A stretch of 47,060 nt of DNA from Thermoplasmatota archaeon (GTDB lineage Archaea; Thermoplasmatota; JAQUQK01): the NCBI GenBank assembly GCA_028716125.1, contig JAQUQK010000001.1, positions 1 to 47,060 of the forward strand. Direction: 5' to 3'. Shown in pieces: positions 1 through 9,346 of the stretch. Within the stretch, counting starts at the first letter, position 1. Each line of letters opens with the position of its first letter. The position numbers and the translations under genes are program-made. The notes beneath the pieces were generated by a model. The model saw only the letters and a program-made list of their open reading frames with translations. It was not told the origin of the DNA and did not search any database.

Positions 1-76
1 GCAGACAATAATTCATTTTTCTCCTCGTTTAAACGATCTATCCACAGTCTTTTTATATAGAGGCGCCGATTTCGCA

Positions 77-664
77 GTGGTGGCTATGAAACGCATTGCA
101 ATAATAGGGATGCTCGGGATGCTCTTGACGGCCGCAATGTCTGGCTGCGTTGGAAACGCGGTGACTCCTGCGATTGTCACGCAACTGCAAGAAGGCTGGT
201 CCCTTGACTCTGGCAATTCCGGCAGCATAAACATATCCGGGATGTTCAATGCTTACATGAACACATATGAGCATAAGTCCAGTAAGATAACAGACGGGAT
301 GATATTCCTCGCGAAAATGTCGAACATATCTTTCATCGACGAAGTCGGGATGCTAAACAGCCTGATAGATGAGAACCTCGACGGCGTTGTCGAAACGCTG
401 GAAAAAGAGCTGAACTGCCAGATAAACGTGACAAAGCCCGTGATTGAAAGTGTTACAATAGATGGATATGACGTTGCGGAGTACGCGTACACGCTTTCAG
501 GTTCTTCGGGCGACGGCTCGAACTCTATTTCGGGCAAAGTAGTGCGCGCTGCCTGGAACTGCACCGATGGCGCAGTCGTAGCAGTGCTTGGAATTGCAAT
601 ATCGCACTACAAGGAAGGAAGCGCTGTTGACATAACCCCCAGTCCGGACCAAGGGGAAACGTAA
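77..664 (+). CDS. hypothetical secreted lipoprotein
   Basis: 195-aa ORF. Signal peptide ends in the lipobox AAMSGC-VG. TATA-like TTTTTATATAG lies at 48-59. ATG at 86 is an alternative to the GTG at 77. No family recognised. Confidence 0.6.
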   Translation: MVAMKRIAIIGMLGMLLTAAMSGCVGNAVTPAIVTQLQEGWSLDSGNSGSINISGMFNAYMNTYEHKSSKITDGMIFLAKMSNISFIDEVGMLNSLIDENLDGVVETLEKELNCQINVTKPVIESVTIDGYDVAEYAYTLSGSSGDGSNSISGKVVRAAWNCTDGAVVAVLGIAISHYKEGSAVDITPSPDQGET

Positions 665-723
665 AAGAAATGCTCCTGTCGATTGACTGCTAATTTTTTT
701 CCTTTTTCTTTCTAATTTCAAGT

Positions 724-1497
724 TCAGTCTTTTCTTATTTTGCGCCCAACTGTGACGTATCCAGTATGTCCGAGCATTTCGTGCGAGGGGCGCGTTCCCG
801 TTTCCTTGACGACGAGTTCGCGCTGGAGCGTCTCAAAAGTTCTTATCATCCCAAAGCCGTTCTGCTCCATCGCGCTTACGTTCTTTTCAACCTGCGGTAT
901 TGTAGGGGAATAACAAACTAATGTCCCGCCCATCTTGAGTGCGCCCTTCGCCGCAGGCACCGCTTCCCACGGCGTCGGCATGTCGAGAACAAATGCGTCC
1001 GCGTTCTTTTCCTCGACGCCTTTTGTGACGTCGCCGAGCTTTACGGCGCAGACGCTTGAAAGTCCCGCCGCCTCAACGTTTTTCTTTCCAAAGTCCGCAA
1101 AGTCCTGGCGGATTTCATAGGTGACTATTTTGCCTGCTGGCGCGACAAAGTGGGCCATCGCGATGGTAAGCGCAGCCGAGCCGATGCCTGCCTCGATTAC
1201 GGTGTCGCCCGACTTTATCCCAAGCTCAAAAATTATCTGGGCGGCGTCCTTTGGATGGATTATTTGCGCCCCTCTTTCAATGCTTTCAATTTTGTCCATC
1301 AAATTGGGCTGAAGCGTTGTAAAATCGCGGTTTGCAATATTGACTTTTGCGCCCCATTCAAGGCCGATTAATTTACCTGTGTTGAAAAATCCCGCGCCCC
1401 TGACCTTTATTGTCTCGTTCCTGGCGCGAACCGTCCTCTTGTCGCCTTCGGAACCGAGGAGAAGGACGACGTCGTTTTCAGCGATTAAACCTGACAT
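724..1497 (-). CDS. trmI: tRNA (adenine-N1)-methyltransferase, TrmI/GCD14 family
   Basis: 257 aa. N-terminal beta domain followed by a SAM-MTase fold (VIEAGIGSAALTIAMA, DAFVLDMPTPWEAV), typical of archaeal m1A57/58 methyltransferases. Confidence 0.85.
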   Translation of the reverse strand: MSGLIAENDVVLLLGSEGDKRTVRARNETIKVRGAGFFNTGKLIGLEWGAKVNIANRDFTTLQPNLMDKIESIERGAQIIHPKDAAQIIFELGIKSGDTVIEAGIGSAALTIAMAHFVAPAGKIVTYEIRQDFADFGKKNVEAAGLSSVCAVKLGDVTKGVEEKNADAFVLDMPTPWEAVPAAKGALKMGGTLVCYSPTIPQVEKNVSAMEQNGFGMIRTFETLQRELVVKETGTRPSHEMLGHTGYVTVGRKIRKD

Positions 1498-1560
1498 TTG
1501 AACTTTGGATAATCGGATATGGAAGTATAGAATTTTGCTTCCCGATATGATTATTTATGG

Positions 1561-2125
1561 ATGCTTGATTTTCGGACGATGAGAATCCGCGAGATGGCTG
1601 AAAACGACATTGCCGGAGTTGCGCGTGTTCACGTGGACTGCTGGCGCACGACGTATGCTGGGATAATGCCTGACGACTATCTGAACGGGATATCTTACGA
1701 AAGGTCTGGCAACAGATGGAAAAAGAATCTCGACGAGATAAAATCCAAGCGCGAAAGTTTCTGCTTCGTCGCCGAAAATGACGGCGGGGAAATAATCGGA
1801 TTTTCGTACGGCGGACCGCAGAGAAATACAAATACGGACTTTTTCCCTGAATACAAAGGGGAAATTTATGCAGCATACGTCCTGAAAGCGCAGCAGCAGA
1901 AAGGCGCGGGACGTCCAACTTGTAAAAGCGCTCGCAACCCGGCTTATGGAACGCGGAATGGATTCTATGATTGTCAACGTTTTAGCCCAGAATCCGTCGC
2001 GCAAGTTCTATGAAAAAATGGGCGGAAAATTCATCACGACAAAGAACATTGAACTCGGGGGAGCAAAGCTGGAAGAAACGGTTTATGGGTGGAAAGATTT
2101 AGGCGCAACTCTGCAAGTTGATTGA
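1561..2125 (+). pseudogene. GNAT N-acetyltransferase interrupted by a 1-nt insertion (frame 1 to frame 2 near 1915/1916)
   Basis: The tracked ORF 1561..2013 ends in non-GNAT sequence after QQKGAGR. The next frame continues from about 1916 as QLVKALATRLMERGMDSMIVNVLAQNPSRKFYEKMGGKFITTKNIELGGAKLEETVYGWKDL and stops at 2123-2125. That is the canonical GNAT motif A/B continuation. The likely true start is ATG 1579 (MRIREMAEND), about 25 nt downstream of a TATA at 1546-1558. Confidence 0.75.
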
Positions 2126-2163
2126 ACCGTCCCAATTTTAAACCATGAAAAATATACAATGTC

Positions 2164-3309
2164 GTGCCATCGGAAAGAAAAGCGGCGCGTCCGGAGATTT
2201 CCATTTCTCCCGAACGGGTTTTGGCGTTCCGACTCCACAGGCATCACTTGGAAGAAAGGGCGGATGCCAAACAAATAGCCCGCGTAGTCGACAATGTCTG
2301 CGGAGTTCAAGCGCAAGTTATGTCGGCGGCGCAGATTGCGCTTTGGGCACGAATTAAGGACATTGCGCCTGAAGATGTAGAGAATGCGCTGTGGAAGGAA
2401 AAATCCCTCGTGAAAACGTGGTGCATGAGAAGCACCGTGCATATTGTCCCTTCTGATTACCTGTCAATTTATACCGGCGCAGTGCGAAGGAGCATGATAA
2501 AAAACGAGCAGTCATGGATAAAGAGGCGCGGCGGGAATCCGGACGATACGCAGGAAATGATAAATGCCATTGGGGGTGCGCTTGGCCACGAGTGCATTAC
2601 CCGCAAAGAACTGACGGAAAAAGTAGTTGTATCGCTTGGAGAAAAAGCAAGAAAATGGGTCGGCCACGGCTGGGGCGGAATTATGAAGCAAGCGTGTCTG
2701 GCGGGCTTGGTATGCTTCGGGCCGAACCGATGGCAGGAGATTACTTTCGTTCGGTGCGATTCATGGCTACGAAAAACAACGGGCGCTTCTGTGGAAAAAT
2801 CCGAGAATGAATTGATGCGCCGCTATCTTGGAAGTTACGGCCCTGCTTCACTTCAGGATTTTTCGGCATGGAGTGGAATTCCTGCTGGAACTGCGATCGA
2901 AATATTGGAGAATATTGAAAATGAAACGTCGAAAGTAAGCGTAGAGGGAAAAGAAAAAATTGTCTTGCGCAAGGATTTGGACGATCTTGAATCCGCCGAC
3001 ACCGTAGCGCCATCCGTACGCCTGCTGCCGAGCTTTGACTCATACATGCTGGGCCACAGGAACAAATCTCATCTTGTGGACGAAGCACACTATAAACTGG
3101 TTTATCGCAAGGCAGGATGGCTATCACCAGTGGTTTTGTCGAATGGAAGAGCAATAGGTACATGGTCATACGAAAAGAAGGACAAAAAACTAGCCGTTGC
3201 CGTAAATCTCTTTGAAAAAACATCAGCGGAAGCAAGAAAGAAGATAGAAAACGAAGCCGCTAATCTCGGTCACTTTTTCAATATCGATGCAAATACGACC
3301 TTCGTTTGA
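2164..3309 (+). CDS. winged-helix DNA glycosylase-like protein (YcaQ/AlkZ, HTH_42/DUF1006 family)
   Basis: 381 aa with a GTG start. The N-terminal motif RVLAFRLHRHHL...VCGVQAQ and the overall length resemble the crosslink-repair glycosylase family. Confidence 0.65.
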   Translation: MPSERKAARPEISISPERVLAFRLHRHHLEERADAKQIARVVDNVCGVQAQVMSAAQIALWARIKDIAPEDVENALWKEKSLVKTWCMRSTVHIVPSDYLSIYTGAVRRSMIKNEQSWIKRRGGNPDDTQEMINAIGGALGHECITRKELTEKVVVSLGEKARKWVGHGWGGIMKQACLAGLVCFGPNRWQEITFVRCDSWLRKTTGASVEKSENELMRRYLGSYGPASLQDFSAWSGIPAGTAIEILENIENETSKVSVEGKEKIVLRKDLDDLESADTVAPSVRLLPSFDSYMLGHRNKSHLVDEAHYKLVYRKAGWLSPVVLSNGRAIGTWSYEKKDKKLAVAVNLFEKTSAEARKKIENEAANLGHFFNIDANTTFV

Positions 3310-3318
3310 TTAAATTTC

Positions 3319-3813
3319 TTACAGCTTCTTCTCCAACTGCTTGTTCATCACTTTGAAGCCCGCTTTTTCGTAAAGGCGCTCCGCTTTTTCGTTGCCTGCA
3401 GTCACCATCAGGCGCACGATCTCAAATCCTCTGGATTTCAGACGGGCAAAGCATTCCTCGACCATTTTCTCGGCTGCGCCGTTCCTTCGGAATTCCGGCT
3501 TTACGTAAACGTCAGTTATGTTCGCCGCCTTGCGGACGAGTTCAAGCGGGAAATGAACTTCCTCGAAGATAAGATAGCCAGCAACCTTGCCGCCGCATTC
3601 CGGCACAAGCAGTTCGCCGGCGGCTATGCGCTCCTTTGACCATCCGGCAAAGCGCCTGCGGTTCTGTTCATTGAGTTTTATGAAATATCCAAATTCGTCG
3701 CCGCCCTCCTTCTGGAAATTCCACCACATCGAAACAATTTCATCGTGGTCTTTTTCTGTTGCCTGCCGTATGGATATTTCTTCCACAAATTCACCTCTTA
3801 AATCCCGCACCAT
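3319..3813 (-). CDS. GNAT family N-acetyltransferase
   Basis: 164 aa. Acetyl-CoA motif VKPEFRRNGAAEKMVEE and C-terminal ERLYEKAGF. Overlaps the rtcA 3' end by 23 nt. Confidence 0.8.
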   Translation of the reverse strand: MVRDLRGEFVEEISIRQATEKDHDEIVSMWWNFQKEGGDEFGYFIKLNEQNRRRFAGWSKERIAAGELLVPECGGKVAGYLIFEEVHFPLELVRKAANITDVYVKPEFRRNGAAEKMVEECFARLKSRGFEIVRLMVTAGNEKAERLYEKAGFKVMNKQLEKKL

Positions 3814-4855
3814 TCACAGAAACGCGCCACAGCTTATCTTCATGTTTTATTTCAAATTTTACATCCAGGAATTTCTCAACAACCCACATGTTCGTGCAAG
3901 CATGCTGTGAAACTTCACGCGCCAGCACTTCGCTTTTCCCGGACGCCAGCGCCATATACGGAACTAGCTGGTCGAGTGCATGAACATCGACGGTTGCGCC
4001 TGACTGCACTTCGGCGGCAAGGGCATTCACAGCGTCATCGGCCACTTTTTCAGAAGGCACGCCCCGTTCTCCAAGCGCAGAAGAGCCAATTATTGTCTTG
4101 TCTGATTTTGCCCAAAGCGCGATTCCAACCCCGGGCGAGAAACTTTCCGAAATTTCGGTTGATATTTTCGGCGTCTGCTTCAGTTGGTTGTAGATGCGCA
4201 CCATTGCGGATTTTTTGATGCGTTCCGGCACGTGCTCCGGAATTGTGGGGGCGCAAAAGACGTTGCCGAAATAGGAGAACGCACCCTGCTCTGAAATTTG
4301 TATGAGGCGCAATTCCTTGCATGGCGCAATTTCCATAATCGCCTGCCCTCCACCTTTGGGATAATAGCCGCGGCGGAAGAGTTCAACGGTTGCATTGACG
4401 CCCATTTTTGAAACTATTGGAAGGAAAACGCTGCGCAGGTAGTCAATCGGTGGCGCCATCTTTGTGTCGGTGCCTCCTGTGATTTTAAGGCGAACCGGCG
4501 AAGGGGCAAAGAGTGCGGCAGGAAGGCAACACTGGAAAATCAGCGGAATATTGCCTGCCGTTCCAACGTCAAGTGAAAAAGCTCCGCCCTTGATTTCACC
4601 AGGTTTAAAAACAATTTTGCGCGAGCCTTTTTCCAATCCTTCGACCTCTGCACCACACAGCTGGCGCACGGCTTCAACTGCCGTAAGGTGCTGGGGCTGA
4701 AGCCCGGGATTTTGGCGGTTTGCGCGTATGTTTTGGATTTCAATTGCTTTTCCGGTAAGCGCCGACATTGCAACTGCGGTGCGTATTATCTGCCCGCCGC
4801 CTTCGCCGTATGAGCCGTCGATTTTAAGCATCGGATTGGAATTGTATTGTGGCAT
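3791..4855 (-). CDS. rtcA: RNA 3'-terminal phosphate cyclase
   Basis: 354 aa. Hallmark N-terminus LKIDGSYGEGGGQIIRTAVAMSALTG...IRANRQNPGLQPQHL. Alternative start at M9 (4831). Confidence 0.9.
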   Translation of the reverse strand: MPQYNSNPMLKIDGSYGEGGGQIIRTAVAMSALTGKAIEIQNIRANRQNPGLQPQHLTAVEAVRQLCGAEVEGLEKGSRKIVFKPGEIKGGAFSLDVGTAGNIPLIFQCCLPAALFAPSPVRLKITGGTDTKMAPPIDYLRSVFLPIVSKMGVNATVELFRRGYYPKGGGQAIMEIAPCKELRLIQISEQGAFSYFGNVFCAPTIPEHVPERIKKSAMVRIYNQLKQTPKISTEISESFSPGVGIALWAKSDKTIIGSSALGERGVPSEKVADDAVNALAAEVQSGATVDVHALDQLVPYMALASGKSEVLAREVSQHACTNMWVVEKFLDVKFEIKHEDKLWRVSVNGAGFKR

Positions 4856-4896
4856 TTAAAAAGATGCAAAATCTGAAAAATGCGGGAAGATGTGAA

Positions 4897-6885
4897 TTAT
4901 GATTTCGGCTGTATTATGATGCACTGGCCGCCTCCGGGCATCATTGTCGCTTTTATCACTGCGGACGAATCAACGGCCTGCGTACTGGAAACAATATCGG
5001 TTGGATCGTATTGGATGTTGCTTCCTTCTTCCCATATTGTAGCTTCGTATTTTCCAGGGCCGAGGAACTGCAACGGAATTGCAATCTCCCGCGCAGTCTC
5101 GCCGCATATGCTTCCGACGTACCACGTGCTGCCGCTTCTTCTCGCAATAGTGACGTAATCGGCTACATTATCATTGACTGCGACAGTTTCATCCCATGTT
5201 GTCGGAACTTTCTCTATGAACTCAAATCCGGCGGCGCCTTCGTAGTCGAAAGGCGCATCTATCAACATCTGGAGTTCGCTTTCATAAACTACGAACATCG
5301 CCATCTGGCCACAGCGCGTTCCCTGAATGTTAGGGTAGCCCTGGTTGAAATTCTCTATCCCGAATGCGCCTGGCGTGAAGTCCATCGGCCCCATTAGCAT
5401 TCTCGTGAAAGGTATCGTGGTGTAATGCTGTGGCGTGTCGCTTGTGCCAAGATCCGAAAACGGCGGCTTGTCGCGCGGCCCCCTATATTCCTCGCCGCGT
5501 ATTCCTTCCTGCGTCAGCAAGTTAGGATAAGTCCTGCCCATTCCGGTCGGCGTGTATGCGCCGTGGAAATCCACTGCAAGATTGTACTTTGCCGCGGCCT
5601 CCACAATTTCCCAATATAGATTAACACGCTCCACGTGGTTCCCGCCGTCGCCGTCTACCTTGACGCCTTTCGCGCCCCAGCTTGCATAGGCGGCTAGCGC
5701 CTCGTCCAGTTTCAATTTGAGCGTGTCCTCATGAACCCATAGCATGACGCCAACGCCTTTTTCTTTTCCGTACTTTATGATCTCGGTCACGTTCATCCAG
5801 GGTATCTTGTTGTCTGTCGCGTCCTGCTGTTCCGGCGAAGCCCAGGCATCGGTTTCAGTGCAATACCAGCCGGCATCCACGATCACATATTCTATGCCAT
5901 GGCTCGCGGCAAAATCGATGTAATACTTATGGATGTCGGTGGTCGCAGCCATCATGAATTTCCACCAGGGCCAAGCCACCTTTCCGGGTTTTATCCATGA
6001 CGTATCATCAAGCGCGCAAGGCTCGTTGAGGTTCATCATTATGTTCGATTCGACGAACCTGCCTGGACTTTCCGCAATCATGACCAGGCGCCACGGGGTT
6101 GAGAATGGCGCAGAAGCATTGGTGATTGTTGCCGGATTATTCATCGAAGGGGTGACGATGTTTTTGAGGGATAACGCGGAGTCGGTTCCAGTAACATACA
6201 TCCCGCCATAATTCCTGAGATTCGCTTCAGCTATCGCAAACCATGCTGAGCCCGCATCGACCAAAAGCGGCACTCCTATTATGTCGCCTTTCTTTATCTC
6301 ACTGATTTTCGTCGGGTTGTAGAATCCCTCGTAATTGTTCATGAAACTGCCGAGATTTACAGCATACGACGTGTAGTCTTCGGGGATGCAAAACGAAGTG
6401 CTCTCGTTCGTTATCGTAAATTCGGACGATCCTTTCTGCTGCGGAAAATGGTACCTGAATGCGACGGCGTCGTCGTATGCGCGGAAAATGACATTCATAT
6501 CAATTGCGCCGCATTCAACTGAAACCGTCATCTCGTTGTAATGGTCGCGGGCAAACTCCGACTTTCCAACCGGAAGCTCATAAGTTTCATCCTTAGAATC
6601 GTATTTCGATCCTACTATTTTGAAGTTGGCGTCAAGCGGCTTTCCGTCAATCTCGATTCCAAGGGGCGAAGGGCAAATGATTTGTTTTCCGTCGAACGAA
6701 ATTTCGTATGCCAGAGTTCCAGGCTGCGGGGAATCTAACAAGGAAACTTGAACTGAGATTCTTCCGTTTGGCGATTCGAGCGATTTTTCGCCGCCTGCGC
6801 CAATCAAACCGTTCAAGTCCATACAGCCAGAAAGCGCTGGCGCCAAAAACGCAAACACAGCCAATATCACAGCAAGTTTTTTCAT
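4897..6885 (-). CDS. glycoside hydrolase family 97 (alpha-glucosidase/alpha-galactosidase type), lipoprotein
   Basis: 662 aa. Lipobox PALSGC-MD. GH97 N-terminal beta-sandwich followed by a TIM barrel (YIDFAASHGIEYVIVDAGWY). Confidence 0.85.
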   Translation of the reverse strand: MKKLAVILAVFAFLAPALSGCMDLNGLIGAGGEKSLESPNGRISVQVSLLDSPQPGTLAYEISFDGKQIICPSPLGIEIDGKPLDANFKIVGSKYDSKDETYELPVGKSEFARDHYNEMTVSVECGAIDMNVIFRAYDDAVAFRYHFPQQKGSSEFTITNESTSFCIPEDYTSYAVNLGSFMNNYEGFYNPTKISEIKKGDIIGVPLLVDAGSAWFAIAEANLRNYGGMYVTGTDSALSLKNIVTPSMNNPATITNASAPFSTPWRLVMIAESPGRFVESNIMMNLNEPCALDDTSWIKPGKVAWPWWKFMMAATTDIHKYYIDFAASHGIEYVIVDAGWYCTETDAWASPEQQDATDNKIPWMNVTEIIKYGKEKGVGVMLWVHEDTLKLKLDEALAAYASWGAKGVKVDGDGGNHVERVNLYWEIVEAAAKYNLAVDFHGAYTPTGMGRTYPNLLTQEGIRGEEYRGPRDKPPFSDLGTSDTPQHYTTIPFTRMLMGPMDFTPGAFGIENFNQGYPNIQGTRCGQMAMFVVYESELQMLIDAPFDYEGAAGFEFIEKVPTTWDETVAVNDNVADYVTIARRSGSTWYVGSICGETAREIAIPLQFLGPGKYEATIWEEGSNIQYDPTDIVSSTQAVDSSAVIKATMMPGGGQCIIIQPKS

Positions 6886-6909
6886 TTAGCCACACCCCAA
6901 ATATACATA

Positions 6910-9339
6910 CTAATTCCAACCCTGCTCAAATTCTTTTCCCCATGAACTTGGATTTGAACCCATTTCAAATGTAACAGCACCTCCGCAAAGAATGTCTTTA
7001 TGGTCGAATTGCGGAACTCCTAGCGGCTCTCCGTTTAGCGTTGCGGACTGGATATACTTGTTGTCCGGCGAATTGTTCTTCGCCTCTATCACGAAATCGC
7101 TGCCGTTGTCCAGATGAATTACTACCTTGTCAAATATCGGGCTTCCTATGGCATATTGCGGCAGGCCAGGGCACAAAGGATAGAAACCCATTGCGCTGAA
7201 GACGTACCATGCGCTCATCTGCCCGCAGTCGTCGTTTCCGCAAAGGCCCTCTCGGGTAGAGTTGTAAAAATCAGCCATTATCCTTCTTGCCATTTCCTGC
7301 GTCTTCCACGGCGCTCCTGCAAAGTCATAGAGATAGGCAACGTGATGGACTGGCTCATTGCCGTGGGCGTACTGGCCAATCAATCCGCTTACGTCCGGCT
7401 GGCCTTCCTGATCTTTGGGAACTTGGGTAAAAAGCGCATCTAGCTTTTCGATGAACTTGTCTTTTCCGCCAAAAAGCTGGATTAATCCCGAAACGTCCTG
7501 CGGCGCAAACCACGACCACTGCCATGCGTTGCCCTCGGTGTAGTATGGATATATTTTCATGGGGTCGAAATCTGAGGGGTTCATCCATTGGCCGGTGATG
7601 CTTTTGCCGCGCATGAATCCTGTGCCGGCATCGAAAAGATTGGCATAATTCTTCGACCTTGCCATAAATGTATCATAGTCGCTGGTCTTGCCAAACCCCT
7701 TCGCCATCTGCGCTATGCAGAAGTCGTCGTAGGCATATTCAACAGTTCTTGAAACGCCCTGATTTAGGACCAGGCAAAGAGGGTAATATGGATCTGTGAA
7801 TTCGCTGTTGATGTCGGCCGGCACATATCCGATGGTCATGTAATATTCGATTCCATACCGCCCTTCGCCGAAGCTGGCATATCCCGTTTCCGGGACGGCG
7901 TAGGTCCCGCGCATCATGCCGTCCTTCCAAATCGCCTCATATGCAGTAGCAATGTCAAAATTCACGATGCCCTTCACATATGCGTCGGCGATAACGGAGT
8001 CTGCATGCGTTCCGGTCATTGCATTGTTCTCGCTGTTTGCAAGATGCCATCTTGGAAGCCATCCGGTTGCAAGGCCGCCGCCGTCCTTGTAGATGTTGAC
8101 CATGGAATTGACCATGTCTCCTGCCTTGCCTGGATTTAGCAATGCTATCAGCGGATTTAGCGCCCTGAATGTATCCCAAAGCGAGAAAACCGTATATTGC
8201 GTTGAATCTGTATGATGCACCTGCCAGTCTACGCCCATGTACGAACCGTCAACGTCCGAGAACGTGCTTGGGTGTATCATCGAGTGATACATTGCTGTGT
8301 AGAAAGTTCTCTTCTGGTCGTCTGTGCCGCCGAAAACCTCAACTTTGCCAAGCTGCCCGTTCCATTCGTTCCTTGCACTCTGGCGTAAAGCGTCAAAATC
8401 CCATCCGGGCGCTTCCGCTTCAAGGTTGGCGCGGGCACCTTCTACGCTGACGAAGGAAATGCCGACTTTCACCATTATACTCTCGCCTGGCGTGACGTCG
8501 AAATTGGCGAACGCGCCAATGCTCCTGCCAAAGTCCTCGGAGCTGCCATCGCGCACCATTCCTTCATTCCAGGTCCCGGATGATTTGAACGGCTTGGAGA
8601 ATTCTGCATAGAAATAGACAGTATGTCTTGGAGACCAGCATGATGCCGAGCGGAACCCCTCGATGACATTGTCGCCTACGATTTTCACGTCGGCTGTTGT
8701 AATCAATGGCGCGATTGCAGCAACCTGGTCAACGAGGAATTGGGTTATCCCATGGCTTAGGTCAATCAAAACGCGCCCCTCGCCTCCCTCATTGAAAGTA
8801 TATTTGTGGATTCCAACCCGAGTCGTTGTCGTCAATTCCGCGGTAATGTTGTAATCCTGCAGCAAAACGCTGTAGTATCCTGCCTCTGCCTTTTCAGTAT
8901 CATGGCTAAAAACGGAACGATAGCCGGAGCCGGGAGTCGCCTTGTCTCCGGGAACGACTTTCAATTCACCGTTTGCCGGCATTAGAAGTATGTCGCCGTA
9001 ATCCCCACACCCTGTTCCCGAAAGGTGCGTGTGAGAAAAGCCGATTATAGAATTGTCCGAAGAATGATATCCCGAGCACCAGTCCCAGCCAACCGTTCCA
9101 GTGTCCGGGCTAAGCTGAACCATTCCAAAAGGAGCGCATGGACCGGGAAAAGTGTGGCCGTGCCCTCCAGTCCCTATGAAAGGATTTACGTAATCAGTCG
9201 GCTCGAATAAGGAATTTTCGGCGTTCGTTTTCTGCCCATTCCACGAAATGCATCCTGAAAAAGACGCGGCCAGCGTAATGAATACGGCAACCAATGCTAA
9301 AGCGGTTTTTGTTTTAGCGTTTCCTGTCAAACCATTCAC
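6910..9339 (-). CDS. glycoside hydrolase family 92 (alpha-mannosidase), lipoprotein
   Basis: 809 aa. Lipobox ASFSGC-IS. GH92 signature DYVNPFIGTGGHGHTFPGPCAPFGMVQLSPDT. Length is typical for the family. Confidence 0.9.
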   Translation of the reverse strand: MNGLTGNAKTKTALALVAVFITLAASFSGCISWNGQKTNAENSLFEPTDYVNPFIGTGGHGHTFPGPCAPFGMVQLSPDTGTVGWDWCSGYHSSDNSIIGFSHTHLSGTGCGDYGDILLMPANGELKVVPGDKATPGSGYRSVFSHDTEKAEAGYYSVLLQDYNITAELTTTTRVGIHKYTFNEGGEGRVLIDLSHGITQFLVDQVAAIAPLITTADVKIVGDNVIEGFRSASCWSPRHTVYFYAEFSKPFKSSGTWNEGMVRDGSSEDFGRSIGAFANFDVTPGESIMVKVGISFVSVEGARANLEAEAPGWDFDALRQSARNEWNGQLGKVEVFGGTDDQKRTFYTAMYHSMIHPSTFSDVDGSYMGVDWQVHHTDSTQYTVFSLWDTFRALNPLIALLNPGKAGDMVNSMVNIYKDGGGLATGWLPRWHLANSENNAMTGTHADSVIADAYVKGIVNFDIATAYEAIWKDGMMRGTYAVPETGYASFGEGRYGIEYYMTIGYVPADINSEFTDPYYPLCLVLNQGVSRTVEYAYDDFCIAQMAKGFGKTSDYDTFMARSKNYANLFDAGTGFMRGKSITGQWMNPSDFDPMKIYPYYTEGNAWQWSWFAPQDVSGLIQLFGGKDKFIEKLDALFTQVPKDQEGQPDVSGLIGQYAHGNEPVHHVAYLYDFAGAPWKTQEMARRIMADFYNSTREGLCGNDDCGQMSAWYVFSAMGFYPLCPGLPQYAIGSPIFDKVVIHLDNGSDFVIEAKNNSPDNKYIQSATLNGEPLGVPQFDHKDILCGGAVTFEMGSNPSSWGKEFEQGWN

Positions 9340-9346
9340 CTTTGGC

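Noticed and set aside
3319-4855. rtcA-GNAT pair as an RNA-repair system
   Set aside because: No rtcB, archease or rtcR is present. The 23-nt overlap alone is ordinary operon packing.
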